Shown: in pieces, positions 50,049 to 57,446 of the stretch
Layout of the letters: the number at the start of each line of letters is the position of its first letter
Numbering within the stretch: the first letter of the stretch is position 1
Notes under the pieces: model-generated
Seen by the model: only the letters and a program-made list of their open reading frames with translations
What the model was told of the DNA's origin: nothing
Database searches by the model: none
Program-made: the position numbers and the translations under genes
Assembly: GCA_963678065.2 (NCBI GenBank)
Contig: CAXXVZ010000005.1
Coordinates: 192,001 to 256,000, forward strand
Length of the DNA: 64,000 nt
Direction of reading: 5' to 3'
Source: Treponemataceae bacterium
GTDB taxonomy: Bacteria; Spirochaetota; Spirochaetia; Treponematales; Rectinemataceae

Positions 50049-51356
50049 GGCATCGCGCCAAAATAATTTGACTGCTTTTATTCTTTAGTCGGAAGCAAAG
50101 CATAGTTCCAATCGCCATGGAATTTTGCCTGCTTAATGTTCAGGGCAGCAAGTTCTTCATCACTAACCTTGATCCCGAGTGGATACGAACCTGAATCCAA
50201 TTCTGCGCATATTTTCAGTCCCGCTGCAGTGGTTGTATTTGCAATCAATTGAATAATTACCTCGTGGCTAATCAACGGTCGGCCTCGCCAGTTCTGAGTG
50301 ATATGGCAAAACATTCGGTGCTCGATTTTATTCCATTTGCTGGTACCTGGTGGAAAGTGACACACGTGAATTGACATTCCAAGCTGATTCGCTAATTCGT
50401 GCAATGCAAGTTTCCAGAGCCGACATCGACTACCGTTGCTGCCACCACCATCAGCGGTAATCAGCAATTCTTTTGCAGTACGATACCGTTTCACACCCAT
50501 TTTTTCCCACCAACGTCGGATGGCTTCGGCAGCAAAATGTGCGGTATCGTGGTCGATTCCTACACTGACCCAGCCCTTGTTTTCGCTTATATCGAAGACT
50601 CCGTATGGTATGGCCTTGCCCAGCTCTGTATCAATGAAGTCATGAACCATTACAGATTCCGGTTCACCTTTGGGACGCCATTCTCGTCCTCCATTTCGAA
50701 ATTCCCCAATCAATTCTTTCTTTTTCGTATCTACCGAGATAACTGGATTCCCTTTACGCTGAAACCGCTTGACCATGGTGTTGATATACTCAAACTGCGC
50801 ATTTCGATCCGGATGCGACGTTCCTTCTTTGGTCTTCCGATTGCTCTGTAGACTGTAGCCTTCCGCGTTCAGTAGCCGTCCAACCGTGCGCGGGCTTACT
50901 GTGTGCCCTTGTCGTGTAAGCGTATCTGCAAGATTACTGGTGCTCAGGCACGTCCACTGTAGTGGCGACTCTGGATCACCCCGTGTCATTGGTTCAATTA
51001 AGCTCGTAAGTTTTTCCCTTAACTCGGGATCGTTTTCACTGCATCGTTTTCTTCCACCGCCTGGGAAACGTACGCGAGTGCGTATCTTCTCGTGCGGATT
51101 ACTTTCGCGTAATGCCAGCTCATTCATTCCTTTGCGTATTGTGTTCGGCGACATCTTAATCGCGGTATTGACTGCCTGTATCCCACCACGACCATACGCT
51201 CTTGCTTCAGCCGCCGCCCATTGACGTCGCATTCGTTCATCCATCATGGGCACAAGTGCGTTGTACTTGGAAGCTATTTGTTGTACCGTTGCCTGATCTT
51301 GCATACTTCATTATAATATAATCAATATATTAGTCAAGTTATTTTGACGCATTGCC
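50049..51356 (-). mobile_element. ISAzo13-family insertion sequence (1,308 bp)
   Basis: 25-bp imperfect IRs (GGCATCGCGCCAAAATAATTTGACT / GGCAATGCGTCAAAATAACTTGACT, 21/25 match). TAA direct repeat at 50046-50048 and 51357-51359. Confidence 0.92.
50078..51304 (-). CDS. ISAzo13-family DDE transposase
   Basis: RGDPESPLQWT, PVISVDTKKKE, HDFID, LLITADGGGSNG, PPGTSKWNKIEHRMF, FHGDWNY. Confidence 0.93.
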   Translation of the reverse strand: MQDQATVQQIASKYNALVPMMDERMRRQWAAAEARAYGRGGIQAVNTAIKMSPNTIRKGMNELALRESNPHEKIRTRVRFPGGGRKRCSENDPELREKLTSLIEPMTRGDPESPLQWTCLSTSNLADTLTRQGHTVSPRTVGRLLNAEGYSLQSNRKTKEGTSHPDRNAQFEYINTMVKRFQRKGNPVISVDTKKKELIGEFRNGGREWRPKGEPESVMVHDFIDTELGKAIPYGVFDISENKGWVSVGIDHDTAHFAAEAIRRWWEKMGVKRYRTAKELLITADGGGSNGSRCRLWKLALHELANQLGMSIHVCHFPPGTSKWNKIEHRMFCHITQNWRGRPLISHEVIIQLIANTTTAAGLKICAELDSGSYPLGIKVSDEELAALNIKQAKFHGDWNYALLPTKE

Positions 51357-51804
51357 TAAACACTTGCACGAAACAATTGATAGGATGAAAGAAACCCTGC
51401 GCAAAGAAAAGAGTGGAGCTGCATTGGCAGCCAATCAGGTCGGTATATCAAAGAGTATAATTGTAGTTAATTATCAGAACGAAGAATTCGAATTGATCAA
51501 TCCAAGAATAACAAGCTCTAGTGGGGAACAATACGAATATGAAGGATGTTTATCCTTACCCAATTTCAGCGGAAGAGTAAGAAGGGCAAAGACCGTAAAA
51601 GTCGTATTTGAAGACAGAAATGGTTCAGAAAAAGAAATAGAAAGAACAGGTCCCCTGGCAATTTGCTTCCAACACGAAATAGATCATCTAGATGGAATAC
51701 TATTTATAGATAGGATGGAAGAAAAATTTGTAATACGCGATGAGGATGATACAAGGTTAAAAGTGGACGATTTATTGTTACTCACAAAAGTATCAAAAGA
51801 AGAG

Positions 51805-51874
51805 GGCTGACAACCGTTCCAACTGGACATCGGGCACGCATTCACGGCCCTTGTCAGTTAAGTGTATATTAGCT
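51805..51874 (+). repeat. attC-like site (best preserved)
   Basis: GGCTGAC-AACCG-TTCCAACTGGAC, central GGGC(A)CG/CGGCCC hairpin, GTCAGTTAAG-TGTAT-ATTAGC. AACTG(G)AC pairs with GTCAGTT with one unpaired base. Confidence 0.75.
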
Positions 51875-51917
51875 TGACGCTGCGCGCGTAATTAGCAGCA
51901 AAACGGGGAGATAACTG

Positions 51918-52700
51918 ATGCAACAGACCATTGAGTATAAAAGGGGAAATATTCTTTCGTACACAGAGTATGGTGAAAAAGAAGGATATCCTATTCTCGT
52001 ACAGCACGGATTAATAGCAAGCATCAGCGATTATTGTCTATTTGACAGCCTTATCAGGGCCGGGATACGTTTAATCTGTATTGCACGTCCGGGATATGGA
52101 GAATCATCGCCATACAGCATGGCCAATATGGCTGAATGGGGTGATATAGTTTCTGCCCTTGTTGATGAACTCAAACTCCCATATTTTGACATATTAGGCA
52201 TGTCATCGGGAGCGCCATACAGCTATTCGATAGGCTATAAACTTCCAGACAAAGTCAGAAACATATTTATTTTCAGCGGCATTCCCGCATTGTATGATGA
52301 TAATGTTCTTGCAGTCTGGCCATACGGGATAAAAAAGAGTGCAACAATTATTGAACTTGAAAAGCTGGCAAATGACCTGGTTTTTTCAAATATATCACAA
52401 GAGGCATTACTGCATGACGATATCAAGGATTCAATGAAGAATGATTGTTTCGGAATTGCACTGGATTTTAAATTGCGGTGCAATAGTTGGGGATTTCTTT
52501 TATCCGATGTAAAAGAAAAAGTATATATGCAACACAGTAAAACAGATAATCAGGTACCATTTGCCACAGCAGAAATTACATCGAAATTATTACCGAATTG
52601 TCGATTTGATATAAGAGAAAATGGAGAGCATTTTTCAGGAGAAATACTCGATACTTTTATAAAAACAACGATGCTCCATCATTATCTTAAAATAAGATGA
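51918..52700 (+). CDS. Alpha/beta hydrolase (cassette)
   Basis: VQHGL, ARPGYGES, GMSSGAPY nucleophile elbow, HSKTDNQVP, GEH. Confidence 0.87.
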   Translation: MQQTIEYKRGNILSYTEYGEKEGYPILVQHGLIASISDYCLFDSLIRAGIRLICIARPGYGESSPYSMANMAEWGDIVSALVDELKLPYFDILGMSSGAPYSYSIGYKLPDKVRNIFIFSGIPALYDDNVLAVWPYGIKKSATIIELEKLANDLVFSNISQEALLHDDIKDSMKNDCFGIALDFKLRCNSWGFLLSDVKEKVYMQHSKTDNQVPFATAEITSKLLPNCRFDIRENGEHFSGEILDTFIKTTMLHHYLKIR

Positions 52701-52749
52701 TAAATGCTACGCTGCAATAAAAGACAGGAGATATGTTTATGGAACATGG

Positions 52750-52814
52750 ATCTAGCAACGAGTCGGGACTGATTCGACGGACAGGCCACCTCACAGTTCG
52801 ACTCAATGGCAGAT
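52750..52814 (+). repeat. attC-like site (full length, mutated cores)
   Basis: ATCTAGC-AAC-GAGTCGGGACTG...CAGTTCGACTC-AAT-GGCAGAT; the two arms are largely complementary. Confidence 0.65.
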
Positions 52815-52835
52815 AGACCCTTCAGGCGAGAGAAG

Positions 52836-53417
52836 ATGAATATATTCAGATTTAGCTATCGAAGAACAAATTGCTATCTCATCAGAGGAAATGAAAATCG
52901 ACTTATCGCGTTTGATGCTGGGTGGCCCTGTTCCTATTTTGAATATGCCAAGGAAATAAAGAGTACTGGTTTCAATATAGATCAAATAGAATCGGCAATA
53001 GTAAGCCATTTTCATATTGATCATGCCGGCTTGTTTGGTGAAATGATCAGCAAAGGTATTGCCTGCATTATTTTCGAAAATCAACTAACACAAATTGACG
53101 AAATGGAACGGATGATCCTCAAGAAACAAAAAGAATACAAAATGATTGATAAGACAAAATTGATTAGGGTAAAGACTGAAGAATCAAGAAAATGGTTCTT
53201 AAATCTCGGAATTGAGGGAGAGGTCATTAAGACCTTAGGACATTCGGTTGATAGTATTTCCTTTGTCTCTGATGAAGGAATTGCACTAATTGGAGATCTT
53301 CACGCTGAAGACCAAATCATGAGTGATGATTTAGAAAGTATACATAGTTGGGAATTGATAAGAAATAAAGGAGCGAAACTAGCCTGTCCAGCTCATGGAA
53401 ATGAATACATGCTTTGA
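52836..53417 (+). CDS. MBL-fold metallo-hydrolase (cassette)
   Basis: TNCYLI, FDAG, SHFHIDHAG, GHS.D, IGDL, PAHG. Confidence 0.87.
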   Translation: MNIFRFSYRRTNCYLIRGNENRLIAFDAGWPCSYFEYAKEIKSTGFNIDQIESAIVSHFHIDHAGLFGEMISKGIACIIFENQLTQIDEMERMILKKQKEYKMIDKTKLIRVKTEESRKWFLNLGIEGEVIKTLGHSVDSISFVSDEGIALIGDLHAEDQIMSDDLESIHSWELIRNKGAKLACPAHGNEYML

Positions 53418-53422
53418 AAAAA

Positions 53423-53482
53423 ATCCGACGACAGCTTCAACCGGATTCGGCTATGTCGCCGTTTTTGCGATGTGCAAAGCGG
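53423..53482 (+). repeat. attC-like left half plus central hairpin
   Basis: TCCGAC-GACAG-CTTCAACCGGA-TTCGGCTATGTC, then the CCGTTTTTGC/GCAAAGCGG stem. Shares CGGCTAT(T)GTC with the site at 56257. Confidence 0.6.
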
Positions 53483-53518
53483 AAGGGGAAAGACCGGGTA
53501 GAAAAGGAGGAATAGCAC

Positions 53519-53917
53519 ATGTATTCTACAGATTATACGAATACGTTCATTGAAGTAGCAGAAGACTGCAAAGCAGAATGCGGGAAGATACCGCCAGAAA
53601 AAAAAGACAGAACGATCGCTAGAATGCAATATGACATGCTGAAAAACAACCCGTACAAGTTTACATCCGATGAAGTTATATTTTCTGTCTATGCAGAAAA
53701 AAATGACATTGAAAAAACGGAACTCGAGAAGATAGAGTTTTTTTCAAAAGGACAGGCGTGCCTTCGTTCATCTCCATTGGGGAAAACATACGGGTGGGGA
53801 ATTCACTACAATGACAAATCAAAAATAGCAATATATGCGATGGAGTCGGGCGAATACAGAAGATTCAAAAATGATACCAGTCTAAAACATATTAAAGCAA
53901 TGAAAAGCTCAAGATAG
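53519..53917 (+). CDS. DUF6157-like protein (cassette)
   Basis: YTNTFIEVAEDC, NPYKFTSDEV, FFSKGQACLRSSPL.K.YGWGIH. Confidence 0.75.
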   Translation: MYSTDYTNTFIEVAEDCKAECGKIPPEKKDRTIARMQYDMLKNNPYKFTSDEVIFSVYAEKNDIEKTELEKIEFFSKGQACLRSSPLGKTYGWGIHYNDKSKIAIYAMESGEYRRFKNDTSLKHIKAMKSSR

Positions 53918-54010
53918 AGCATTGAAAATGCTTCTCAATGGGAATATATCTTGTTTCTCTACGATGTGCTTCATTCTTGTATATCGGAATGCTATCTTGA
54001 GGGGTGGTCA

Positions 54011-54694
54011 ATGCTTAGGCTAGATGATGAACTATTTGTCATAGAAAACATTGGCACAGCTAATATCTTTTGTGTTGGCTCGAAAAAAGATTTCATATTA
54101 ATAGATGCAGGCATATTTATGAAAACAAAATATCTCATTGAAGAACTGAAAAATAATGGTTACAAGCTTGAAAATATGAAATTGATAATGCTAACACATT
54201 GTCATTGTGATCATATTGGAGGAGTAAAAGAATTAGTTATGGGTTCGGATGCGAAAGTTGCCGCTCATGAGAAAGATATACCGTATATTCTTCAAGAAGA
54301 TGTTATTGCTGGATCATACAGAGGGATGATGATCGAAGAACAAAAAGTCATGAAACAATTGAATTGTGTGGTTCCAAAAGTCGATATCGTACTTCAAGAT
54401 AATATGGACATCGAGAATTGTAGAGTAATAAACGTTCCCGGGCACACACCAGGAAGTATTGCTTTATATCAAAAAGATAAAAAATATATGTTCTTTGGTG
54501 ATGTCATAAGGGAAAGCAACAAAAATGGTCTATCGATTGGGAAACCTGAAAAATTCAATTATAACACCGAGCAGGTAAACCGTGATGCAAAAAAACTACT
54601 TTCATATGACTTCTCTTTTGGTTTGTTGAGTCATGGGAAAGCATACATCGGAAAAGACATCGAAATATTGAAAAGACTCGGAACCAATGCCTGA
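54011..54694 (+). CDS. MBL-fold metallo-hydrolase (cassette)
   Basis: LIDAG, THCHCDHIGG, PGHTPGS, FFGD, LSHG. Confidence 0.88.
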   Translation: MLRLDDELFVIENIGTANIFCVGSKKDFILIDAGIFMKTKYLIEELKNNGYKLENMKLIMLTHCHCDHIGGVKELVMGSDAKVAAHEKDIPYILQEDVIAGSYRGMMIEEQKVMKQLNCVVPKVDIVLQDNMDIENCRVINVPGHTPGSIALYQKDKKYMFFGDVIRESNKNGLSIGKPEKFNYNTEQVNRDAKKLLSYDFSFGLLSHGKAYIGKDIEILKRLGTNA

Positions 54695-54749
54695 CAATCG
54701 CTTCAATCCGACATCGCGGACAGGCCGCGTCGAGCGATGAGTGTACAGG
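54689..54749 (+). repeat. attC-like site (right core eroded)
   Basis: GCCTGAC-AATCG-CTTCAATCCGAC, central CGCGG/CCGCG hairpin, GTCGAGCGAT pairing with the left arm. Confidence 0.65.
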
Positions 54750-54775
54750 AAAGCATAAATGAGGAAGAATGAATC

Positions 54776-54907
54776 ATGAAGATAGAAACAGTGAAGACAG
54801 TCAAAGGCGAACTTTCGCACTGCATTATGGATGAAAATGAAATTGTCTGCACTATTTCAGAGTTTCTTGATTTGATCAGGGGTAGTGATGATGGTTTCAG
54901 GAGATGA
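54776..54907 (+). pseudogene. 43-aa truncated gene remnant (DUF4180-like N-terminus)
   Basis: MKIETVKTVKGELSHCIMDENEIVCTISEFLDLI..., preceded by GAGGA. It runs into the next gene's start with no attC in between. Confidence 0.4.
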
Positions 54908-55538
54908 AGTCGCAAAGAAAGACTTTGATAGGAATGGTATTGTCAAGAGAATACTGGAAAATGAAGAAGCCCGAGATTGTATCATCAGTTTATTGCGAAA
55001 TGACCACAATATCATGGTCTACTACCACTGCTATTACATCTTGCAGGATGCAACAAGTATTGAGCCAAAAAAGTTTATGAAGTATTGGAGCACATTTTCG
55101 GAACTCCTTAAGCACAAGAATTCATACCATCGCGATATAGCTACCACATTATTGGCAAACATCATCAGTGCAGACGTAAATAATGGTTTTGATGAAATCA
55201 TCAGTGACTATTTGCGTATAGCTTATGACGAGAAATACATGACTGGCGCTTGTTGTGTCAGAAATCTGGGAAAGATACTTTGTACGAGAAATGACAAGAC
55301 AGAATATGTATTCAATTTTTTGATCAAACATGAAGAGCACAGCAAATACTCTGAAAAACAGGAAGAATTGCTTAAATGTGAAATTGTTGCAATATTTGAT
55401 CAAATCTTTGAAAGATTGAGTATGGAAAATAAAGAAAGAGCGGCGATGTTTATCAGAAGATGTTCAAAATCGATTAGTCCAAAGACAAGGAAGATAAGTA
55501 ATGAAATAATGAAGAAAAGAAAACTAATAACCGTTTAA
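54888..55538 (+). CDS. Hypothetical alpha-helical (HEAT/ARM-like) protein (cassette)
   Basis: IMVYYHCYYIL, LLKHKNSYHRDIA. Start uncertain. Confidence 0.6.
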   Translation: MMVSGDEVAKKDFDRNGIVKRILENEEARDCIISLLRNDHNIMVYYHCYYILQDATSIEPKKFMKYWSTFSELLKHKNSYHRDIATTLLANIISADVNNGFDEIISDYLRIAYDEKYMTGACCVRNLGKILCTRNDKTEYVFNFLIKHEEHSKYSEKQEELLKCEIVAIFDQIFERLSMENKERAAMFIRRCSKSISPKTRKISNEIMKKRKLITV

Positions 55539-55543
55539 CCTGA
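55523..55543 (+). repeat. attC-like left half only
   Basis: ACTAAT-AACCG-TTTAACCTGA at the gene end. Confidence 0.45.
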
Positions 55544-55562
55544 ATCAAGGCGTGTACGCAAA

Positions 55563-56243
55563 ATGAATAAACAGACTTTTTCAGTCATCGAAAAGTATAT
55601 GCGAAAGTGTATGAACGATGGAGCGCATGATGAACAACACATTTATCGTGTCCTGTATTCTGCGCTGGATATAGCATCTCAATATGTTGTCAATATGGAT
55701 GTAATACTTGCAGCTGCGCTGCTACATGACATAGGAAGAGAGTCCCAATTGCATGATTCAAAACTTGATCATGCAATTGTAGGTTCTGAAATGGCCTATG
55801 AGTACTTAAAGGGCATGAAATGGTCAGAAGAAAATGCGCAACATGTAAAAGACTGCATTCGCACTCATCGATACAGAAACAACGAAGAACCAAAAACCAT
55901 AGAGGCAAAAATACTATACGACGCTGATAAACTTGATGCCACTGGAACTTTAGGAATTGCCCGCACTATAGCATACAAAGGAATAGTATCGGAGCCACTT
56001 TATTCAATAGACGAATTTGGAAATGTGCTTGATGGAAGTATCGATAGCTCTCCGTCATTTTTCCAGGAATACAACTGGAAATTGAAGAAAATATATGAAA
56101 ATTTTTATACGAATAAAGCGGCACAAATTGCGGAAGCGCGAAGGAAGGCAAGTATTGATTTTTATCAAAGTATGCTTGAAGAGGTGAAGCATACGCATAT
56201 CATTGGAAAAGAAAGATTGGGAAGTGTTTTGCAAGAAAAGTGA
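55563..56243 (+). CDS. HD-domain phosphohydrolase (YedJ-like) (cassette)
   Basis: AHDEQHIYRV, AALLHDIGR, HA, THRYR, LYDADKLDA.G. Confidence 0.9.
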   Translation: MNKQTFSVIEKYMRKCMNDGAHDEQHIYRVLYSALDIASQYVVNMDVILAAALLHDIGRESQLHDSKLDHAIVGSEMAYEYLKGMKWSEENAQHVKDCIRTHRYRNNEEPKTIEAKILYDADKLDATGTLGIARTIAYKGIVSEPLYSIDEFGNVLDGSIDSSPSFFQEYNWKLKKIYENFYTNKAAQIAEARRKASIDFYQSMLEEVKHTHIIGKERLGSVLQEK

Positions 56244-56256
56244 AAACATAAAAAAT

Positions 56257-56301
56257 GCTGGCAATCGCTTCAACAGGACCCGGCTATTGTCATGAATTTT
56301 G
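56257..56301 (+). repeat. attC-like left half
   Basis: GCTGGC-AATCG-CTTCAACAGGAC-CCGGCTATTGTCATGAATTTTG. Confidence 0.6.
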
Positions 56302-56384
56302 AAGACTAAAAAGATGCGCAGCCATGGTAACATGAAGAATATTCATTTGCTGGAGAACGTAGAAAGATACGCCTGGAGGATTTC

Positions 56385-57347
56385 ATGAAAAGAATAGTGT
56401 TTTCCCCTCTTTCTTTGCTTTTATTTATGTCCTGTACGTCAATAACCGCAGCAACGGATAAGGCGGCCTCATTTTCCTTCACGGAAATCAAAAACCAGAG
56501 TAGTACGAGTCTGATCGATTGCGTATTCATTAAGTCTACGGATGGGACAAAGCTTGCGTATTACCCCTACATTGCACGAAATCCCATTGCATCCTTGGTT
56601 TTCGTGCATGGCGGCGGCGCTTACAGTGGTGCTGGTTATCAATACTTGGCAGCAAGTCTCGCCGGGAAATATAATGTCAATGTATATTTGATCGATATTC
56701 GAGGCCATGGGAATTCAGAAGGCCCTAGGGGTGACAGCCCTTCGGCCCGGCAGGTATACAGCGATATAGAAGTAATCGTAAAACAGGTCGAAAAAGAAAA
56801 TCTAAAACTGCCGGTATTCCTCGGTGGACATTCGTCTGGAGCAGGGCTGGTATTAAACTATACCTCTCATGTGCAAGATGAAAGTATCAGTGGATACTTC
56901 TTTCTGTCGCCATTTTGGGGCTATAAATCAAAGACTGACAGGGCAAACAGCATAAGTTTTTCGGATGTAAAAGTTCCTCTGTTTGTTCTCAATGGCATGA
57001 GCTTCGGATTGCTGTTCGGGCACTCCAAGGCTGTATTCTTCAATTATCCGAAGGAAGTACTCCAGTCTCAGCCGCTTCTTATCCCATCCATCACTGTAAA
57101 CTTATCACTTGCTCTTACCCCGAATAATCCGGTGGACCAATTTCGAAAAATAAACAAACCCTTTGGATTATTTATCGGTGCTGACGATGAACTGTTGGAT
57201 TCGGGAAAAGTAATGGCATATGCAGGGCTTCCTGTACTCGATATTGTCCGCAAATCAACCTATCAGGTGGTGGAAAATGAAAACCATTTATCCATTCTGA
57301 TGGTTGCCGACCGTCTGATCGGTGAAGCCATTTTTAGAAGGCAATAA
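56385..57347 (+). CDS. Alpha/beta hydrolase lipoprotein (lysophospholipase-like) (last island gene)
   Basis: Lipobox-like LLFMS-C. FVHGG, DIRGHGNSEG.RGD, GGHSSG, GADDE, ENH. Confidence 0.87.
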   Translation: MKRIVFSPLSLLLFMSCTSITAATDKAASFSFTEIKNQSSTSLIDCVFIKSTDGTKLAYYPYIARNPIASLVFVHGGGAYSGAGYQYLAASLAGKYNVNVYLIDIRGHGNSEGPRGDSPSARQVYSDIEVIVKQVEKENLKLPVFLGGHSSGAGLVLNYTSHVQDESISGYFFLSPFWGYKSKTDRANSISFSDVKVPLFVLNGMSFGLLFGHSKAVFFNYPKEVLQSQPLLIPSITVNLSLALTPNNPVDQFRKINKPFGLFIGADDELLDSGKVMAYAGLPVLDIVRKSTYQVVENENHLSILMVADRLIGEAIFRRQ

Positions 57348-57374
57348 AAGGGAGCGGCGAAACGAGCCGCTCCC
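57343..57374 (-). terminator. Intrinsic terminator between the convergent island gene and oppA
   Basis: GGGAGCGGC-N7-GCCGCTCCC, followed on the minus strand by TTTTATT. Confidence 0.7.
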
Positions 57375-57446
57375 CGACAACGAATGTTGATACAACGTTT
57401 GTGGCGCTGAATAGCGTCAACGATCTGGCGCTGATCCCTCGCGCGA

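Larger units (their letters stand above)
49972..51810 (+). pseudogene. def: Peptide deformylase interrupted by an ISAzo13-family IS
   Basis: The 5' part MKALKIVRFGDISLRKRTKKVTVFN (49972-50046) joins in frame to KHLHETIDRM... (51358-51810) once the IS and one TAA are removed. Motifs GAALAANQVG, EGCLS, HEIDHLDG. Confidence 0.9.
42150..57400 (+). mobile_element. AT-rich integron-like gene cassette array without a visible integrase (CALIN-like)
   Basis: Abrupt drop in GC content; about 16 unrelated co-oriented ORFs; recurring attC-like motifs right after stop codons. Boundaries approximate. Confidence 0.75.

Noticed and set aside
52836..54694. MBL-fold genes as metallo-beta-lactamases
   Set aside because: HxHxDH is common to the whole superfamily, and neither protein has a signal peptide.
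42150..57400. The island as a prophage or ICE
   Set aside because: No phage structural, replication, relaxase or conjugation genes, no integrase, and no flanking direct repeats or tRNA were seen.
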